Shown: piece after piece, positions 40,601 to 52,100 of the stretch
Position numbering within the stretch: position 1 is the stretch's first letter
How the letters are laid out: each line of letters starts with the position of its first letter
NCBI GenBank assembly: GCA_905178155.1
Contig: CAJINV010000006.1
Coordinates: 4,408,339-4,472,338, forward strand
Direction of reading: 5' to 3'
Source of the DNA: Amoebophrya sp. A120
Lineage: Eukaryota > Protista > Dinoflagellata
DNA: 64,000 bases
Translations under genes and position numbers: made by a program
Notes under the pieces: generated by a model
Told to the model about the DNA's origin: nothing
Seen by the model: only the letters and a program-made list of their open reading frames with translations
Database searches by the model: none

Positions 40601-43600
40601 GCCAGTACTCGAATGCGAGCACCGGTAGGGAAGAGCAAAACATGGATTTGAATCTAGACACTGACCTGGTCGAAAACTTGGACAAATCTAAAATCCCGGG
40701 CGCCTTGTATCATATGTGAAAACGTCCCCACCCCGACCAGAGCCTGCGGGACCCTGAGGGCAGAAGTCCCCAGCCCCTACAGCACGCGCACGCACTAAAT
40801 AAATAAATTACAGTGGCCACATAGCATATGCGTTTCTCTTCTAGTCGTAGTTCGTTCTCCTCTTGATTTTTTCTGAAAATTCGAAGTTTCTCTGTGCTTG
40901 AAATTTGGTCTTTTCCAGTACATAAACACCCCATAGTCAATGATTGGGAACTAAGCAACACAAATCCAGAAGTTTTGGGAGCCACGCATGACAAGTTGCA
41001 GTCCGTAGTGTAGTGCATGTTAGCAAGGACAATCGCATCACAAATCCATCTGCTTAACTATCCTGTTTACAGCATCACAAGTTCCAAAACGCGGTTGATT
41101 ATGCCTGGCATAAACATGCGCATTACAAATCTTCCTGTCATCGCAAATCTGCATGACAACTCTGGCTTGGGGACGTTTTTACACAGGATACCTTGCTCTG
41201 GATCGCCACGCGGATGCACACGAGCAACCCCGAGTTTTGGAAAAAGACCGATATGAACTGCAACTATGTCTGGGTCTGGGAGAGTACAACTTGTGATGCT
41301 GCATTTCGATGCTGAAAAAATCTGTATTGCATGACGAGCAGCTCCTGCAAGAGGAGTCAAATTTTGCTACGCGGAGAGGGTATTTGTCATGCGGGATGCG
41401 CATCGATAAACGGCCAAAAAAATCTGTGATGCTAGGGCATACATAACAGACACCATGGATCATGGAAAATGTGCATGACAAACTTGTCCTCTTCCAGACA
41501 TCCAGGGATAATATTATGCATTTCATAACCGACAGCGAGCAGCAAGTTCCCTCTGGGACGCCCTCGGACACACTGAAAGAGCTGCGCCAGCTATCCTGTG
41601 CAAAAGTATCGTATTCGTATTGCAATCATTCATTACAAATTTTTTTCTTAAGGTAAATCCGCATTACAGATTTTATTCCTCATGCTGAGGAAATTTGTCA
41701 TGGATTTATACGAGGGCAGAGTGCGATATTTTTGCAGTTCATACCAGCTGGTGAAATACAAATTCTTCGGCATAGTTTCGCCAGCGGCACGAAAGAAGTT
41801 GCCATCAAGCGGTACAACGACGACAGGGACGAACAACATCTCCAAGCCCGGAGGTCAACATCTGGGTAGTTCACCTCTCCTGCAAGGCACCGCTCCTTTG
41901 AAAGAGCCGGATGGCAGCTTGTTAGACCACAATAATCTTCGTCCTCGAGAAAGAAGTATCAAGTGCAAAAATGTCTGGGTCTGGAAGAATTCACGTTTGT
42001 CATGCTTGTCTGGCATGACTCTTAAATCTGTGATGCACGTTACCCAAGAGCTCCGTTTTTCATTTTCTGTGATGCAGAAGCGCAGTTTGTCATGCAGAAT
42101 AGGCAACACCTAGGAGCTCAGAAACTTGTCACGCTGAGCCAGCATTTGTAGCCTCATCATGAGACGCCACCCAGCATCACAAGTTTCCAGACCCAGACAT
42201 TTTTACTTTTGATAAAAAGTGCTGCAGAAACCTCATCGTCAGAAAAAAATCTTCACACGCGCATCCTCATTCCCGAGTTGTTTCGCGCTAGTGAATATCA
42301 AATGTAAAAATGTCTGGGTCTGGAAGATTGGAACTTGTGATGCTGCGTCTGCATTATGCAAAAATCTGTATTGCATGAACAGCAAAAGAGAGGGGCATTT
42401 CTCATGCTTTTGGCCACGGTGAGAGGGCATTTCTCATGCAGTACAGACATCAGAACCACCTTACAATATCTGTGATGCTACGGCATGCATCGCAGACGTC
42501 AGGAGTCACGCAAAATGTGCACGACAAACCCTACATCCTTCCAGACCCAGACATTTTTACATTTGATAGTGAAAGAAATGCATGGACATCAAGTAGAACT
42601 CGACGCACGACTAGTAGAACTGGTGGCACGAGTTGTACGACGTCGACCCCGGGTAATATCGACACCCTCGCAGGTGCAGGAGCAGCACGTGGGCCGCAGG
42701 AGGCTATCGAATGCAAAAGTGTCTGGGTCTGGAAGATTGGAACTTGTGATGCTAACTTCGGACGCTAAAAGCCTCTGTATTGCATGGCCAGCAAGAGGAG
42801 TCTAGTTTGTGCGACGCGGGGAGGGCGTTTGTCATGCGGAGTAGGCATCAGGAAGCCCTGTGAAAATCTGTGATGCTAGGGCGTGCATTACAGACGTCCT
42901 GGGTCATGCAAAACATGCATGACAAGCCTCAGAATCTTCCAGAGGACCCAGACATTTTTAAATTTGATAGAGGCCCTGCAAAGGCAACGTTCCATCGACC
43001 TGCAGCCTGACAAAGCCATTGAAATATTTGTGCACGAATCTAACGAGGGTATTAATATGTACAGCCACTTGAGCTGCAGGAGCTCCTGCTCCAGGGCGAC
43101 TTTGAATTTGGACGAAGATCATCAGCAGGATGTTGATGCTGCAGCAACCATATGGATTGCAAAAATGTCTGGGTCTGGAAGGGTTGGAACTTGTGATGCA
43201 AACTCTGGAACACACAAAAATTTGTGTTGCATGAGCGCCAAAAGCTGTCCATTTCTTGGCACGCAAGTAGGAAGTTTCTCATGCGGGACAGGCATCGTGA
43301 GGCGTGCTCAAAACCTGTGATGCTTTTGCCTGCGTCAGACGTCATTTGGGTGATCCGAAATATGCATGACAAATCTCGGAATCTTCCAGACCCAGACATT
43401 TTTACATTTGATAAACCACTGCAGCACGACAAGCTGCAGCTCCTCGTTCTTGCCCGTCCTTCGAGCCGCGTATCGAAGTATTTTTCTCGAATTACCCCGT
43501 CGTGAGTGCAGCTGTGGCGGCCGAGGATGTCGATGGAGGGAAGCACGACCTGCCGGACGATCTTTCTGGTGCAGATGGAAGAAGTTGTACTAGCAGAGAG

Positions 43601-46600
43601 GAGGTGCCGCGAGCTGGAGATACAGCTAGAACTTCTACCTCCAGTGTAGTCACCCTTAGCCAGCAGCGCTGGGTTCCGCCGATATCAAAGTGAAAAATAA
43701 ATCCCCCCACCCCATAGTACTTACTCAAACTAGAAATTTGTGATGCAGATTTGTGGTTACAAATCAGCTTTGTCATGCTAGAGCTAGAAGGGAAAAGATG
43801 CGGACTATAGTGCTGGTTGGCGTGGGAAAGCCTTGCATCTTCAGCATGACAGGGGGCAGCTGGAAGTGGGAAACAGCATGACAAATTGCTTGCAAACGAG
43901 GCCACAGCTGCGTCTCTTGGCCTTCTAGCATTACAAGTCGATTTGTGTACTCAAATACAGCGTCACAAGTTTCGTTTTCGATATGGGGAGGGGGGATTTT
44001 TCCTTTTGATAGCCGACGCAGGTTATTTTTCCCCTCGACTCCGTCGATGAAGACTTATGCAAGAAAAAACAAAATGCTGTGTAAGTGTGAGGAATAGCAT
44101 CACAAGTTTATGCTCTGCATGACAGAGAAAACTACCTGTCATGCTTAGCTAGTATCAGTGCAAACACGTACGAAAAGAACCTCTGATGCATGGGTCTAGC
44201 ATGACAGGTGATAAGTGTTTTACATACGTCTGCAACACAAACTCACACTTACACAGTTTTTTTCCTGGATAAGACTTGCACGAGGACTACATGAAAGATC
44301 CTTTCAAGCGGGCTAACAACTGCAAATATGTCTGGGTCTGGAAAGTTGTGATGCTAATGTGCGAATGATCCGCAACGTTTATTTGGGGTCCGCGCATGAC
44401 AAGTTCCAGAGCGGCTATGCCTAGCATCAGCTCCATGACACATGGCTCTTTGTGTGACAGACAAGTGGCACGACTGTAGCGCACGAAGCATGACAGACTT
44501 TTCTGTCTCGTCGGCCAAGCATGACAGACTTGCATTCTTCCAGACCCAGACACATTTGCGTTTGATACGGAGTATCGTGAAGCAAATCTGGCAGGAGAAC
44601 GACGTGGTAAAAGTCTCGCGGGGGATGGCTGGTCGGGTACAAGTCGCGGCGCCGAAAGGAGCTGCACCAGCAGGGCTGCAACATCTGGCTATGCAAGAGA
44701 AAAGCTGTGTAAGTGTAACTTTGTGTTGCAGGACATGCAACAGAGTTGCGCCTCCTGTCATGCCAGACAGCCATGAAGTGGTCCTCTTTTCATGTGTGTT
44801 TTGATGTTCCCTTACAAGCCACGCATGACAGGTTACTTACTTATTTCCTCTATCCTGTAGAGCAAATTTGCGATGCTGTCAGCCAAAGAAAGTTGCACTG
44901 ACGCAGTTTTTTTCTTGGATACTGGCCCCCATTGCTGCGCTGTACGCAAGAAAGCCGACGTTTTTGTGCAAGCCGCCCGGTAGTTCATCAACATCGACCT
45001 CGTCCCGTGCAGCATGTATGTCGGGCGAGCGGCTGTGGCATGCTGTGTTGTCCTCGGAAGATGCAAGAAACATCGAGGGGATCCGAGATGACACGTTTTG
45101 CTTTCCGTTTGTCGATCTGAAGAGTGTGAGTCTGAAAAGGCGCGACGTCGAGTTCGAGGTTTTGTTGGAGCAAGAGCGAAACTATAACGAAAACGACCCA
45201 AACCTGGTAGAGCTGTTCAACAAAAAGGACCAGGCTCTTGTGGAGAGCCTGGAAAATCTATCCTGTGCAAGAGTATCGTACTCGTAGTAATGGCGTTTCT
45301 GCATAGTGCAAATCTCTTTCCCACAGTAAAGCAGCGTTACAAATTCAATTTGTAATGCTGGGCTAAGTTGTTGTAATGCAATTTCTACTAGAACGATGCT
45401 TTTGCAGTTCATAAAATCATTTCGACGACCATATTTACGTCGACCCTGAGCAATTGCTGTTTCACTTTCCGCCCTCCGCCGTCGTCCCTGATGTTGCTGG
45501 TGCAACATCAGACCTGTCTACCAGCACCCCGCCGCCGCATGATGCTGATCTGCTGCTGCGGTACCGGAGCGTGCACCAGCGTGCCATGAACCGCATGGCG
45601 CACCGGGCCCGGAAAGACCTGTACTCGATCCGGGTGGTGCGGATATGAGACTGCACAACTTTCCCTCCCCGCCCTCATTTGTCATGCAAAATTCCCAATC
45701 CACCCTTTCTTTACCTCTTGGCACTGTTTGCATGATAAGTTCTGGTAGCCCAAATAGCACTATATTCGAGTGCAAGTGTGTCATGCAAAACCGGCACTCT
45801 TGCTGATGCTTGTATTGCCGTTCATGCTATACAAATAAAATATAGGGGCAGGGGAAGTTGTGCACTGTAATAGCGACATACCTTCTACGCGAAGGGTATT
45901 GACTTCTACCACCACGGTGATCGCACGGTCTTGGATCTGCAAGACGCGGGGTTGCTGCGTTTGGATGATCAAAGCTTGGCGAGTAAGGTGGAAATTCGCA
46001 ATCAGGACAGACACGAGGGGCAGAAACGCGTCCGCACGAACGCGTTCGCCGTGGCGCAAGCGCGGAAGTGGTACGACCGGAAGATCCATTTTTGCTTCGG
46101 CTTCCTCTTTGACGTGCTGGATACGCAGATCAAGCCGGTCTTACTGGAAGTGGAACGGAAAATGCACTGGCTTCAGGACCTGCATTATGCAAGAGAAAAA
46201 CTGTCGTGTAAGTGTAACTCTGTAAAAATGCAGAACAACATGCAACAGAGTTACTACACCTGTCATGCCAGACAGCCATGAGAAGTTCTCTGCTCATGTG
46301 TGTTTTCCCTTACAAGCCACGCATGACAGGTTTTCTCTTTCATGTAGAGCAAATTTGTCATGCTGTCAGCCAAAGATAGTTACACTAACGCAGTTTTTTT
46401 GTTGGATATGCATCACAAGTACAACAACAGCTTTACACTTCCCCAATTTGACGAGGCGACGCGGGAGCAGAGGACAGAAAGCCCGGAACTGTGGCAAGAG
46501 CTCTGGGACTATTATACCGTACAGTATCAAGCGGAGCATGATATTAACGGAGCAGGAGGAGCATCTACAACTGCTTCGCAACGAGGAGGTCGTGGTGTAC

Positions 46601-48874
46601 AACTTCCGGGTTTTGTGGCCGATCATGCTGCGGAAGATCAACATCCGGTCGGCACTAGTACTCCCAGATACTTAATTAGCGGCCCTTTCATAAGTCCGGA
46701 CATTTCACTCCTTGCCACATACCAAAGATTTTAAATATATAAATCGGAACGTGTCCAGGAGCTGCGTCTGCAGCTACTCGCTCTTGTGCAGCAGGCGCGC
46801 TTCCTTTAGTTCCGTACAACAAAAGAAGCAAGAGGCTTGATGTTCACAAGGAGCCTACGCTTTATCAGTGGCGTAGGCTTCTGAAGCAGCTTGCACAGGG
46901 AAATAACGCGACAGAAGAAGTAGAAACAGCCAGCCAAAAAAAGCTCTCGACAGCTTGGAAACTTTAGTCCCCGTCGGCTGCCACCCAATGCAGTGCGCCG
47001 GGCGGCTTTGGTGTTTGTGTTTCCGTATAATAAACCACGCAAGTGTGTTGCGCATTTGCGACGCCTGTTCCTTTGTCTATCGGCGCCGCATCTGCAACAC
47101 CTTGCACAGTGTAGGCATCAGGAATACACAAACACGCCAAAACAAGAAGACTGATAGTCCGTACATTTCTACAGGCTGTTACTGTGTAGGCGCGCGCAGT
47201 GTAGTAAGTAAGCGGGCAGTTCTCGTTCTGGACCTGGATGCGCCACGCTGCGCTGTACTGACTCAATACTCAGGTGAGCGCTTCGGAGTGTTACGCGGGG
47301 ACCGCTGCTCTGCGGGGGGACTGCTGGATGGAAGCCTAGGAGAAAAATTTGCGCGGGGAGTATTGGGGCATGAATTTCGAGTAAGCAGCCCTCTGAAACG
47401 CACCAAAGCAGTGCGCGCGTACTTAAACGTAGAAAATAGGTGGACAAGCAGCGTATATAGGTTGCAATGCTCGGGGGCTCGCTGGATATACTGGCACTGT
47501 AAGCAAAATAAAAAAAGCCCGGGTAGGAAAAATGCATTTTGCGTTTTTTCCTACCCGGGGTTTTTATTTTCAAAACCCCGGGTAGGAAATATTTATCCGC
47601 TGCTCTGCACGTCTGTGAGGGTGATAACAGCTGATAAATATTTCCTACCCGGGGTTTTGAAAATAAAAACCCCGGGTAGGAAAAAGTTCAAAACTCATAT
47701 TTCCTACCCGGGCTTTTTATTTTCAAAACCTCGTATAGCCCCTCCGAAATCTGGGCGGCGCGGCAGCGCCGCGAAAATTTTTTTTTTGGATCGTGGAGAG
47801 CTACGTGAGGTTTTGAAAACCAAAACCTCGTATAGCCCCCTCGAAATTTGGGCGGCGCGGCAGCGCCGCGAAGATTTTTTTTTTTGTTCGCGGAGGGTCG
47901 CATCGGGTAAGTCGCGCCAACGTGCGGGCGCAGGGGCTGCAGCGCTGCATTTGGTTTCTACCGTGACCGTCAGTGGTGTGGGCCAGAATGTGAAAAGTCA
48001 TTTGACCTATGACCCTTATGCAAGGGCCGCTAATTACGTCATACAGAGTAATGGCAACACGACACATGCTGCGGAAGATTTTGTGGACGATCAGGCTGCG
48101 GAAGATCAACATCCGGTCGGCACTAGTAATGGCAACACGACACATTTTGTGCTGCATACCACTTTCTCCAATTCTGAAGACGATGGAGAAGAGGTGGAGG
48201 ACAACTCAGATGGTGACCATCTCGTCTCGGATGATGTTCATCCAGACGCTTCAGGTAGGAGTAGGACAGCCAGAACAAGCGACGAGGCCGAGAAGGAACC
48301 GCGAATCGCAGCAAGTTCCTTTTCGTCCGCCGCGTCCTCTTTCACTTCCTCGAAAAACACGACTTTTACCTCCTTTTTGCAAGTGACGCTCCCGGAAAAG
48401 ATTTGGGAGTACGACCTGTACCTGCAGCACACGGTGTACCCCCAGGCACACGACTATCTGCGGGAGATTTTGGATTCGAAAATTTGTACGGATGAGGGGG
48501 ACAACTTCCTTTTGCCTGTTATGCACTGCAAAAATGTAGTCTGGGTCTGGAAGGTTGGAACTTGTCATGCTAAATCTGAATCATGCAAAAATCTGTGTTG
48601 CATGATTACCAAATGCTGTCCACTTTTGATCAAGTTGAGAGGCAGTTTCTCATGCAGGATAGGCATGATAGTGATCTCACGGAATCTATCATGCTAGGTC
48701 CTCCATTACAGATCATATGGGTCATGGAAAACCTGCATGACAAGTCAAGCAAAGTTCCAGACCCAGACATTTTTGCATTTGATACCTGTGATGGAAAAAC
48801 AAAAACTGGCGAAGCTGCTCGAAAGCTTCGCGCTGCCACCGGACTTCGTCAAGTTTCCCGAGAAATACTTGTAA
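25622..48874 (+). CDS. Giant spliced gene (~2970 aa, unknown function, N-terminal hydrophobic segment) with 44 introners and one TA-flanked element
   Basis: Traced junction by junction. Removing each element plus one direct repeat gives one continuous ORF from ATG 25622 to TAA 48872-48874; my summed exon length is 8907 nt, a multiple of 3. Confidence 0.75.
25853..26157. mobile_element. Introner family G
   Basis: TIR TATT.CA.TGAAAAATGCCCC; DR GAGCA. Confidence 0.9.
27211..27372. mobile_element. Introner family D
   Basis: TIR GCAAAAGTATC; degenerate DR. Confidence 0.8.
27428..27696. mobile_element. Introner family A
   Basis: DR ATAAC. Confidence 0.9.
28150..28454. mobile_element. Introner family G (inverted relative to 25853)
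   Basis: DR TTCGT. Confidence 0.9.
28827..29105. mobile_element. Introner family H
   Basis: DR TCAAG/TCAAA. Confidence 0.8.
29349..29664. mobile_element. Introner family B
   Basis: DR GTGCA. Confidence 0.9.
30504..30759. mobile_element. Introner family A
   Basis: DR CTAGA. Confidence 0.9.
31000..31306. mobile_element. Introner family B
   Basis: DR GGAGG. Confidence 0.9.
31595..31874. mobile_element. Introner family C
   Basis: DR GAGGA. Confidence 0.9.
31916..32592. mobile_element. Introner family A with nested retroposon
   Basis: DR AACAA/AACAG. Confidence 0.85.
32087..32478 (+). mobile_element. Retroposed SINE/truncated-LINE-like insert nested in an introner
   Basis: 17-bp TSD AACTTGGTCAAAAGTGG (32070-32086, 32479-32495); 3' (CTA)n tail. 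Confidence 0.75.
32942..33919. mobile_element. Long (978 bp) introner, family I
   Basis: ~60-bp imperfect TIR TATGG.GTCGTCAA..TTGTATTTGCCTCA; DR TACAC; frame restored DFT|PGG. Confidence 0.85.
34060..34386. mobile_element. Introner family B
   Basis: DR TCTTC. Confidence 0.9.
34469..34732. mobile_element. Introner family A
   Basis: DR TCCCA. Confidence 0.9.
34918..35169. mobile_element. Introner family A
   Basis: DR AAGAG. Confidence 0.9.
35320..35576. mobile_element. Introner family C, diverged
   Basis: Degenerate DR CGACT/AGATT; frame restored. Confidence 0.75.
35648..35910. mobile_element. Introner family A
   Basis: DR CCTGG. Confidence 0.9.
36003..36259. mobile_element. Introner family J
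   Basis: TIR core GTTAC.ATCTCAA.CGTTACAATAG; DR CTGGG/CTGGC. Confidence 0.8.
36359..36569. mobile_element. Introner family F
   Basis: TIR GAAAAAAGTGT.ACAGT.ACACA; DR ATCGC. Confidence 0.85.
36623..36931. mobile_element. Introner family C
   Basis: DR AGCAA. Confidence 0.85.
36998..37222. mobile_element. Introner family F
   Basis: DR ACCTG. Confidence 0.85.
37278..37549. mobile_element. Introner family C
   Basis: DR GCCCT. Confidence 0.9.
37612..37918. mobile_element. Introner family E
   Basis: DR GCAGT. Confidence 0.85.
37955..38216. mobile_element. Introner family A
   Basis: DR TGGAG. Confidence 0.9.
38340..38542. mobile_element. Introner family H
   Basis: DR TTTGC. Confidence 0.85.
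38561..38826. mobile_element. Introner family A
   Basis: DR TTTTC. Confidence 0.85.
38880..39097. mobile_element. Introner family F
   Basis: DR CCACT/CTACT. Confidence 0.8.
39233..39538. mobile_element. Introner family G
   Basis: DR TCATT/TCACT; close copy of 28150-28454. Confidence 0.85.
39583..39848. mobile_element. Introner family A
   Basis: DR CCGGC. Confidence 0.9.
39977..40240. mobile_element. Introner family A
   Basis: DR ACGCC/ACACC. Confidence 0.85.
40708..41190. mobile_element. Introner family C with ~190-bp internal insert
   Basis: DR CCTTG. Confidence 0.8.
41252..41527. mobile_element. Introner family A
   Basis: DR ACCGA. Confidence 0.85.
41592..41743. mobile_element. Introner family D
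   Basis: DR CCAGC. Confidence 0.85.
41957..42214. mobile_element. Introner family A (inverted near-copy of 30504-30759)
   Basis: DR AGAAG/AAAAG. Confidence 0.9.
42296..42568. mobile_element. Introner family A
   Basis: DR GTGAA. Confidence 0.9.
42705..42969. mobile_element. Introner family A
   Basis: DR GAGGC. Confidence 0.9.
43151..43413. mobile_element. Introner family A
   Basis: DR AACCA. Confidence 0.9.
43683..44011. mobile_element. Introner family B
   Basis: DR GCCGA. Confidence 0.9.
44056..44271. mobile_element. Introner family F
   Basis: DR AGACT. Confidence 0.85.
44314..44567. mobile_element. Introner family A
   Basis: Degenerate DR CGGGC/CGGAG; frame restored. Confidence 0.8.
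44690..44921. mobile_element. Introner family F
   Basis: DR CTGGC. Confidence 0.85.
45259..45413. mobile_element. Introner family D
   Basis: DR AAATC. Confidence 0.85.
45644..45872. mobile_element. Introner family H
   Basis: DR GCGGA/GCGAC. Confidence 0.85.
46186..46408. mobile_element. Introner family F
   Basis: DR TGCAT. Confidence 0.85.
46661..48048. mobile_element. 1.39-kb TIR element with TA duplication (Tc1/mariner-like, non-autonomous) inside an exon
   Basis: TA|CTC..TAATTAGCGGCCCTT..CATAAG ... CTTATG..AAGGGCCGCTAATTA..GAG|TA; the empty site ACTAGTAATGGCAACACG equals the intact exon repeat at ~48122. Confidence 0.75.
48520..48784. mobile_element. Introner family A
   Basis: DR CCTGT. 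Confidence 0.9.
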
Positions 48875-49103
48875 GATTTGTAGCGAGTGTGAAGAAGGTG
48901 AAGGGAAGTTTCTTTAGTTTTAGTAGTACAAGTTGTGAAGAAGTACTAGGCAGCTAGTGCTTTCCTTCCTTATGAGGAGAGATTCATTGAAGATGAAGAA
49001 GCACAAGGACCACGTAAGCAGGGAAATCGGCGCGTCTCGTCTCTTACCGTGAGACATGATTTCATCAATTTTATTTCATTCTGGCATAAGATATTACTTA
49101 ATA

Positions 49104-52100
49104 CAAGATGGGGGTCGGCCGTTTGGCCGACCCTATCTTGATGGACAGGGGGCAACCATAAGAATCAACATCAAGACAGACCCAACGCAAACCCTAGCGG
49201 TCGAATGTTCCCGAAGGCTGGCCCCCCGAAGGGGTTGGCGGAAAGCGCTGCAAACGCAGCAACCTGCTCCAAGGAAACTTGCGATGCCAGAGGCCCCTAT
49301 CAAGGGGCACCGAAGGCCCCCGCGAGGGGTATCGAAGACCCCCCAAGGGGGTAGCGCGAGATGGGGCGCCGCCTGAAGGCGTCCGCCCAAGGTTTCCGAC
49401 CCACAGACCCGAAGGTCCTGGCGGTCGGAAAGTTTGCCCGGCCCCCTTCAAGGGGGTACTGAAGACCACCCCCAGGGGAGTGGCGCGAAGGGCGGCATGC
49501 AACATCGCGCGAGGGCGTCCGCTCGGGGTTCCCCGAAGGCCAGCCACCCAAGGGGTCTGACGGAAAGCTTGCAGAAAAACAAACGCCCTGCAAGTTTGCG
49601 ATGCCCACGGCCCCGCTCATAGGATAGCGAAGACCCCCAAGAGGGTACCGGAGAGCCCCCGAAGGGGTTGGCGCCGAAGGCCCTCACGAGGGGGTAGCGC
49701 GAGGTGGGGCGCCGATCGTTCGACGGCGCCTGCCTGGGTGGGGTTCCCCCCCATCGGTGGATCGCTCGGCCCCCCGGGCGGTGCGGCCAAATGGAGTTTC
49801 GCAATAGCAGGAACGGGCATGAGGCCTGTGCTTCCCGGGGCCCCCTCCCGGGGTATCGAAGACCACACCAAAGGGGCGCCGAATGGGAAGGCCATTCTAG
49901 GAGGGTCGGGGTAGCCGAAGCTGCGCCGCAGCCTGAAGGCATGCACCCCTCCGCCCGCGGCCCCCCGAAGATGGCCGCCCAAAGGGACAGGCGCGCGGGA
50001 AGCAAACCCGCAAAGGCGGGAAACAAACCCGCAAAAGCAGAAACGTGTTGCGGGTTCGCGGTGCCCGAGGCGCCCAACACATGGCACCGAAGACCCCCCC
50101 GGGGGGCGCCGAAGATCCCCGACGGGGTAAACAAAGAAGACCCCGAAGGCCCGCTATGTGGCCCGCCAAAAGGTCGGCTGGCTGGGAACTTAGCAAAGGC
50201 TGCGAAGCCCGTCCGATGGCTGCCGCCCTTGCTTCAGGCGGTGTGGAAGGGCCCGCGAAAGGATACCGGAGACGCCCCGGAGGCGGGACACCACAGGCCC
50301 CCCGATTGGGGAGCGGGCGCGATGAGGGGCGCCGCCTGAGGTTGCCCGCCCGAGGCGCCCCGGGCGCTGATCGGCTCCCCGAGAGGTTGGTCCGGCGGAA
50401 AGCTCGGAAAGGCAGGCACCTGCCCCCCCCCAAGTCTGCGACAGGTACCGAAGACCCCCGCCGCCCCGAACGGTATCGAAGGCCCCCCAAAAGATATCGA
50501 AGACCCCCCGAAGCAAAGGGCATCGAAGACCCCCCGAAGGGGTATCAGAGACCCCCCCCGAAGGGGTATCGAAGACCCCCCGAAGGGGTACCGAGGGCCC
50601 GCCCTCCAACAAACAAAGGTTGGGCGGGCGAGGCGGGACGCCACCTGAGAGCGTCCGTCCGCCGGAGGTTTCCCGAAGGGAGGCTGGCCGGCCCGCCTCA
50701 CGCGGGGCCCGGCGGTCGGAAACTTCGCAAAGGCCGAAACCTGTGCCAAGGAAGCTAGCTTGTGGCGCCCTACCTCCCCATAACCGCGCAGGGCAGCCGG
50801 CGCTCAACTCCGCCGGCTGCATTTCAACACCGTGGACCCTTCTGGCAGGCGGGGCTCAGAGCGCTAGTGAGAAGGTAGGTGGCAGGCGTAGCCGGGGAGC
50901 TCGCAGGGCGAACGCCTGCGCTATTTGCGCGCAGGGTAATCCGGTCGCCTAACCTCCGGCGCCCTGGATTCTTCTGGCAAGGCCCAGAGCGCTGCAGCCT
51001 AGGGGGCTCGCCTGGACACGGAATCGCGCAAAGGGAACAGCTGCGCCACCTGCGCCCAAGTGCACTGCGGCCGACGACACTCCGGCGCCCTTGGCCCTTC
51101 TCGCGCCGCTCCCTCAGAGCGCTCGCTGGGGTGTGCGCGGCTGGTTTGGTCACGGAAAGGCGCAAGGCGAACATGTTGGCGCCGGACTTTCGCGTAAATC
51201 CAGACGCCGGACTTTCGCTCAGGGCACAGGAACGTCGGCGGTTGGCCTGGGCACGAAGGGCACCGAGCGGGCGTCTGCGCGACTTGCGAGCGCGCAAACG
51301 AACCGGAAAAACCATAGCGGCTCAGTCAGCCCTCCCGCGCTGGCGCTGCAGCTTGCTCGCCCGGCCGCCTTCGCGGGCCGGCGGATGGAACACACAGGCA
51401 CAACCCTGATGGCGCCGCTCGCTCGTCCCAGAAAGTCGCAAGACGGGCAAACTGTGTCGCGCGGCGGGGCGGAAATGAAAAAGAAACTAAAGCGACCATG
51501 CCCCCCCGCGGGCGTTTAAACTAAAGCGGCCCCGCTTACCTCCGGAAGCAGAAAATAAACGATCGAAGCAAAAGCAGCACCACCCAGCGGGCACATCACA
51601 AACCGGCCGAGGCAAACCCGAGCGGCCCCACCCCCATTAGAACACGGGGCGCCGCAATCATGGCGGCCCCACCCGCATCCGGTGCGGAGCTCTAGCGAAG
51701 CCGAAGGTGGTGCCGAGGCCGAAGAGCAAAGAAAGCCGCGGCCCCAAAGGCGGTCGGATGGAAACCTTCCCGATGGCCAAGGCGTCGGGCAAGGCAGGGG
51801 GGGACAGGCAAAGGCCAGAAGAAATACGCGCGCGCGCCGCGTGGCGCGACCGACGCACGGACGGAAAGAACCTGAGCGGCGTCGCCCGGCACGCAACTTA
51901 AGCGGCGGGCGCCGCCCGCCAATGGAAACTAACAAACGGAACAAAAGCGGCGCCGCCTACACCAAAAAGCGAGTCAAACCATAGCGGCCCCGCCCGCGTT
52001 TGAACGTGGAGCAGAAAACCGTGGGGACGCCGCTTGAAGACGCCGTGCCAAAATTATCTGAAGGCCCTTCGGAGGCCCCCCGAAGGCCCCCCAAAGGCCC

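Noticed and set aside
46955-48697. 580-aa ORF as a transposase
   Set aside because: No DDE or HTH motif recognised; it is read-through of the element interior into a host exon and an introner.
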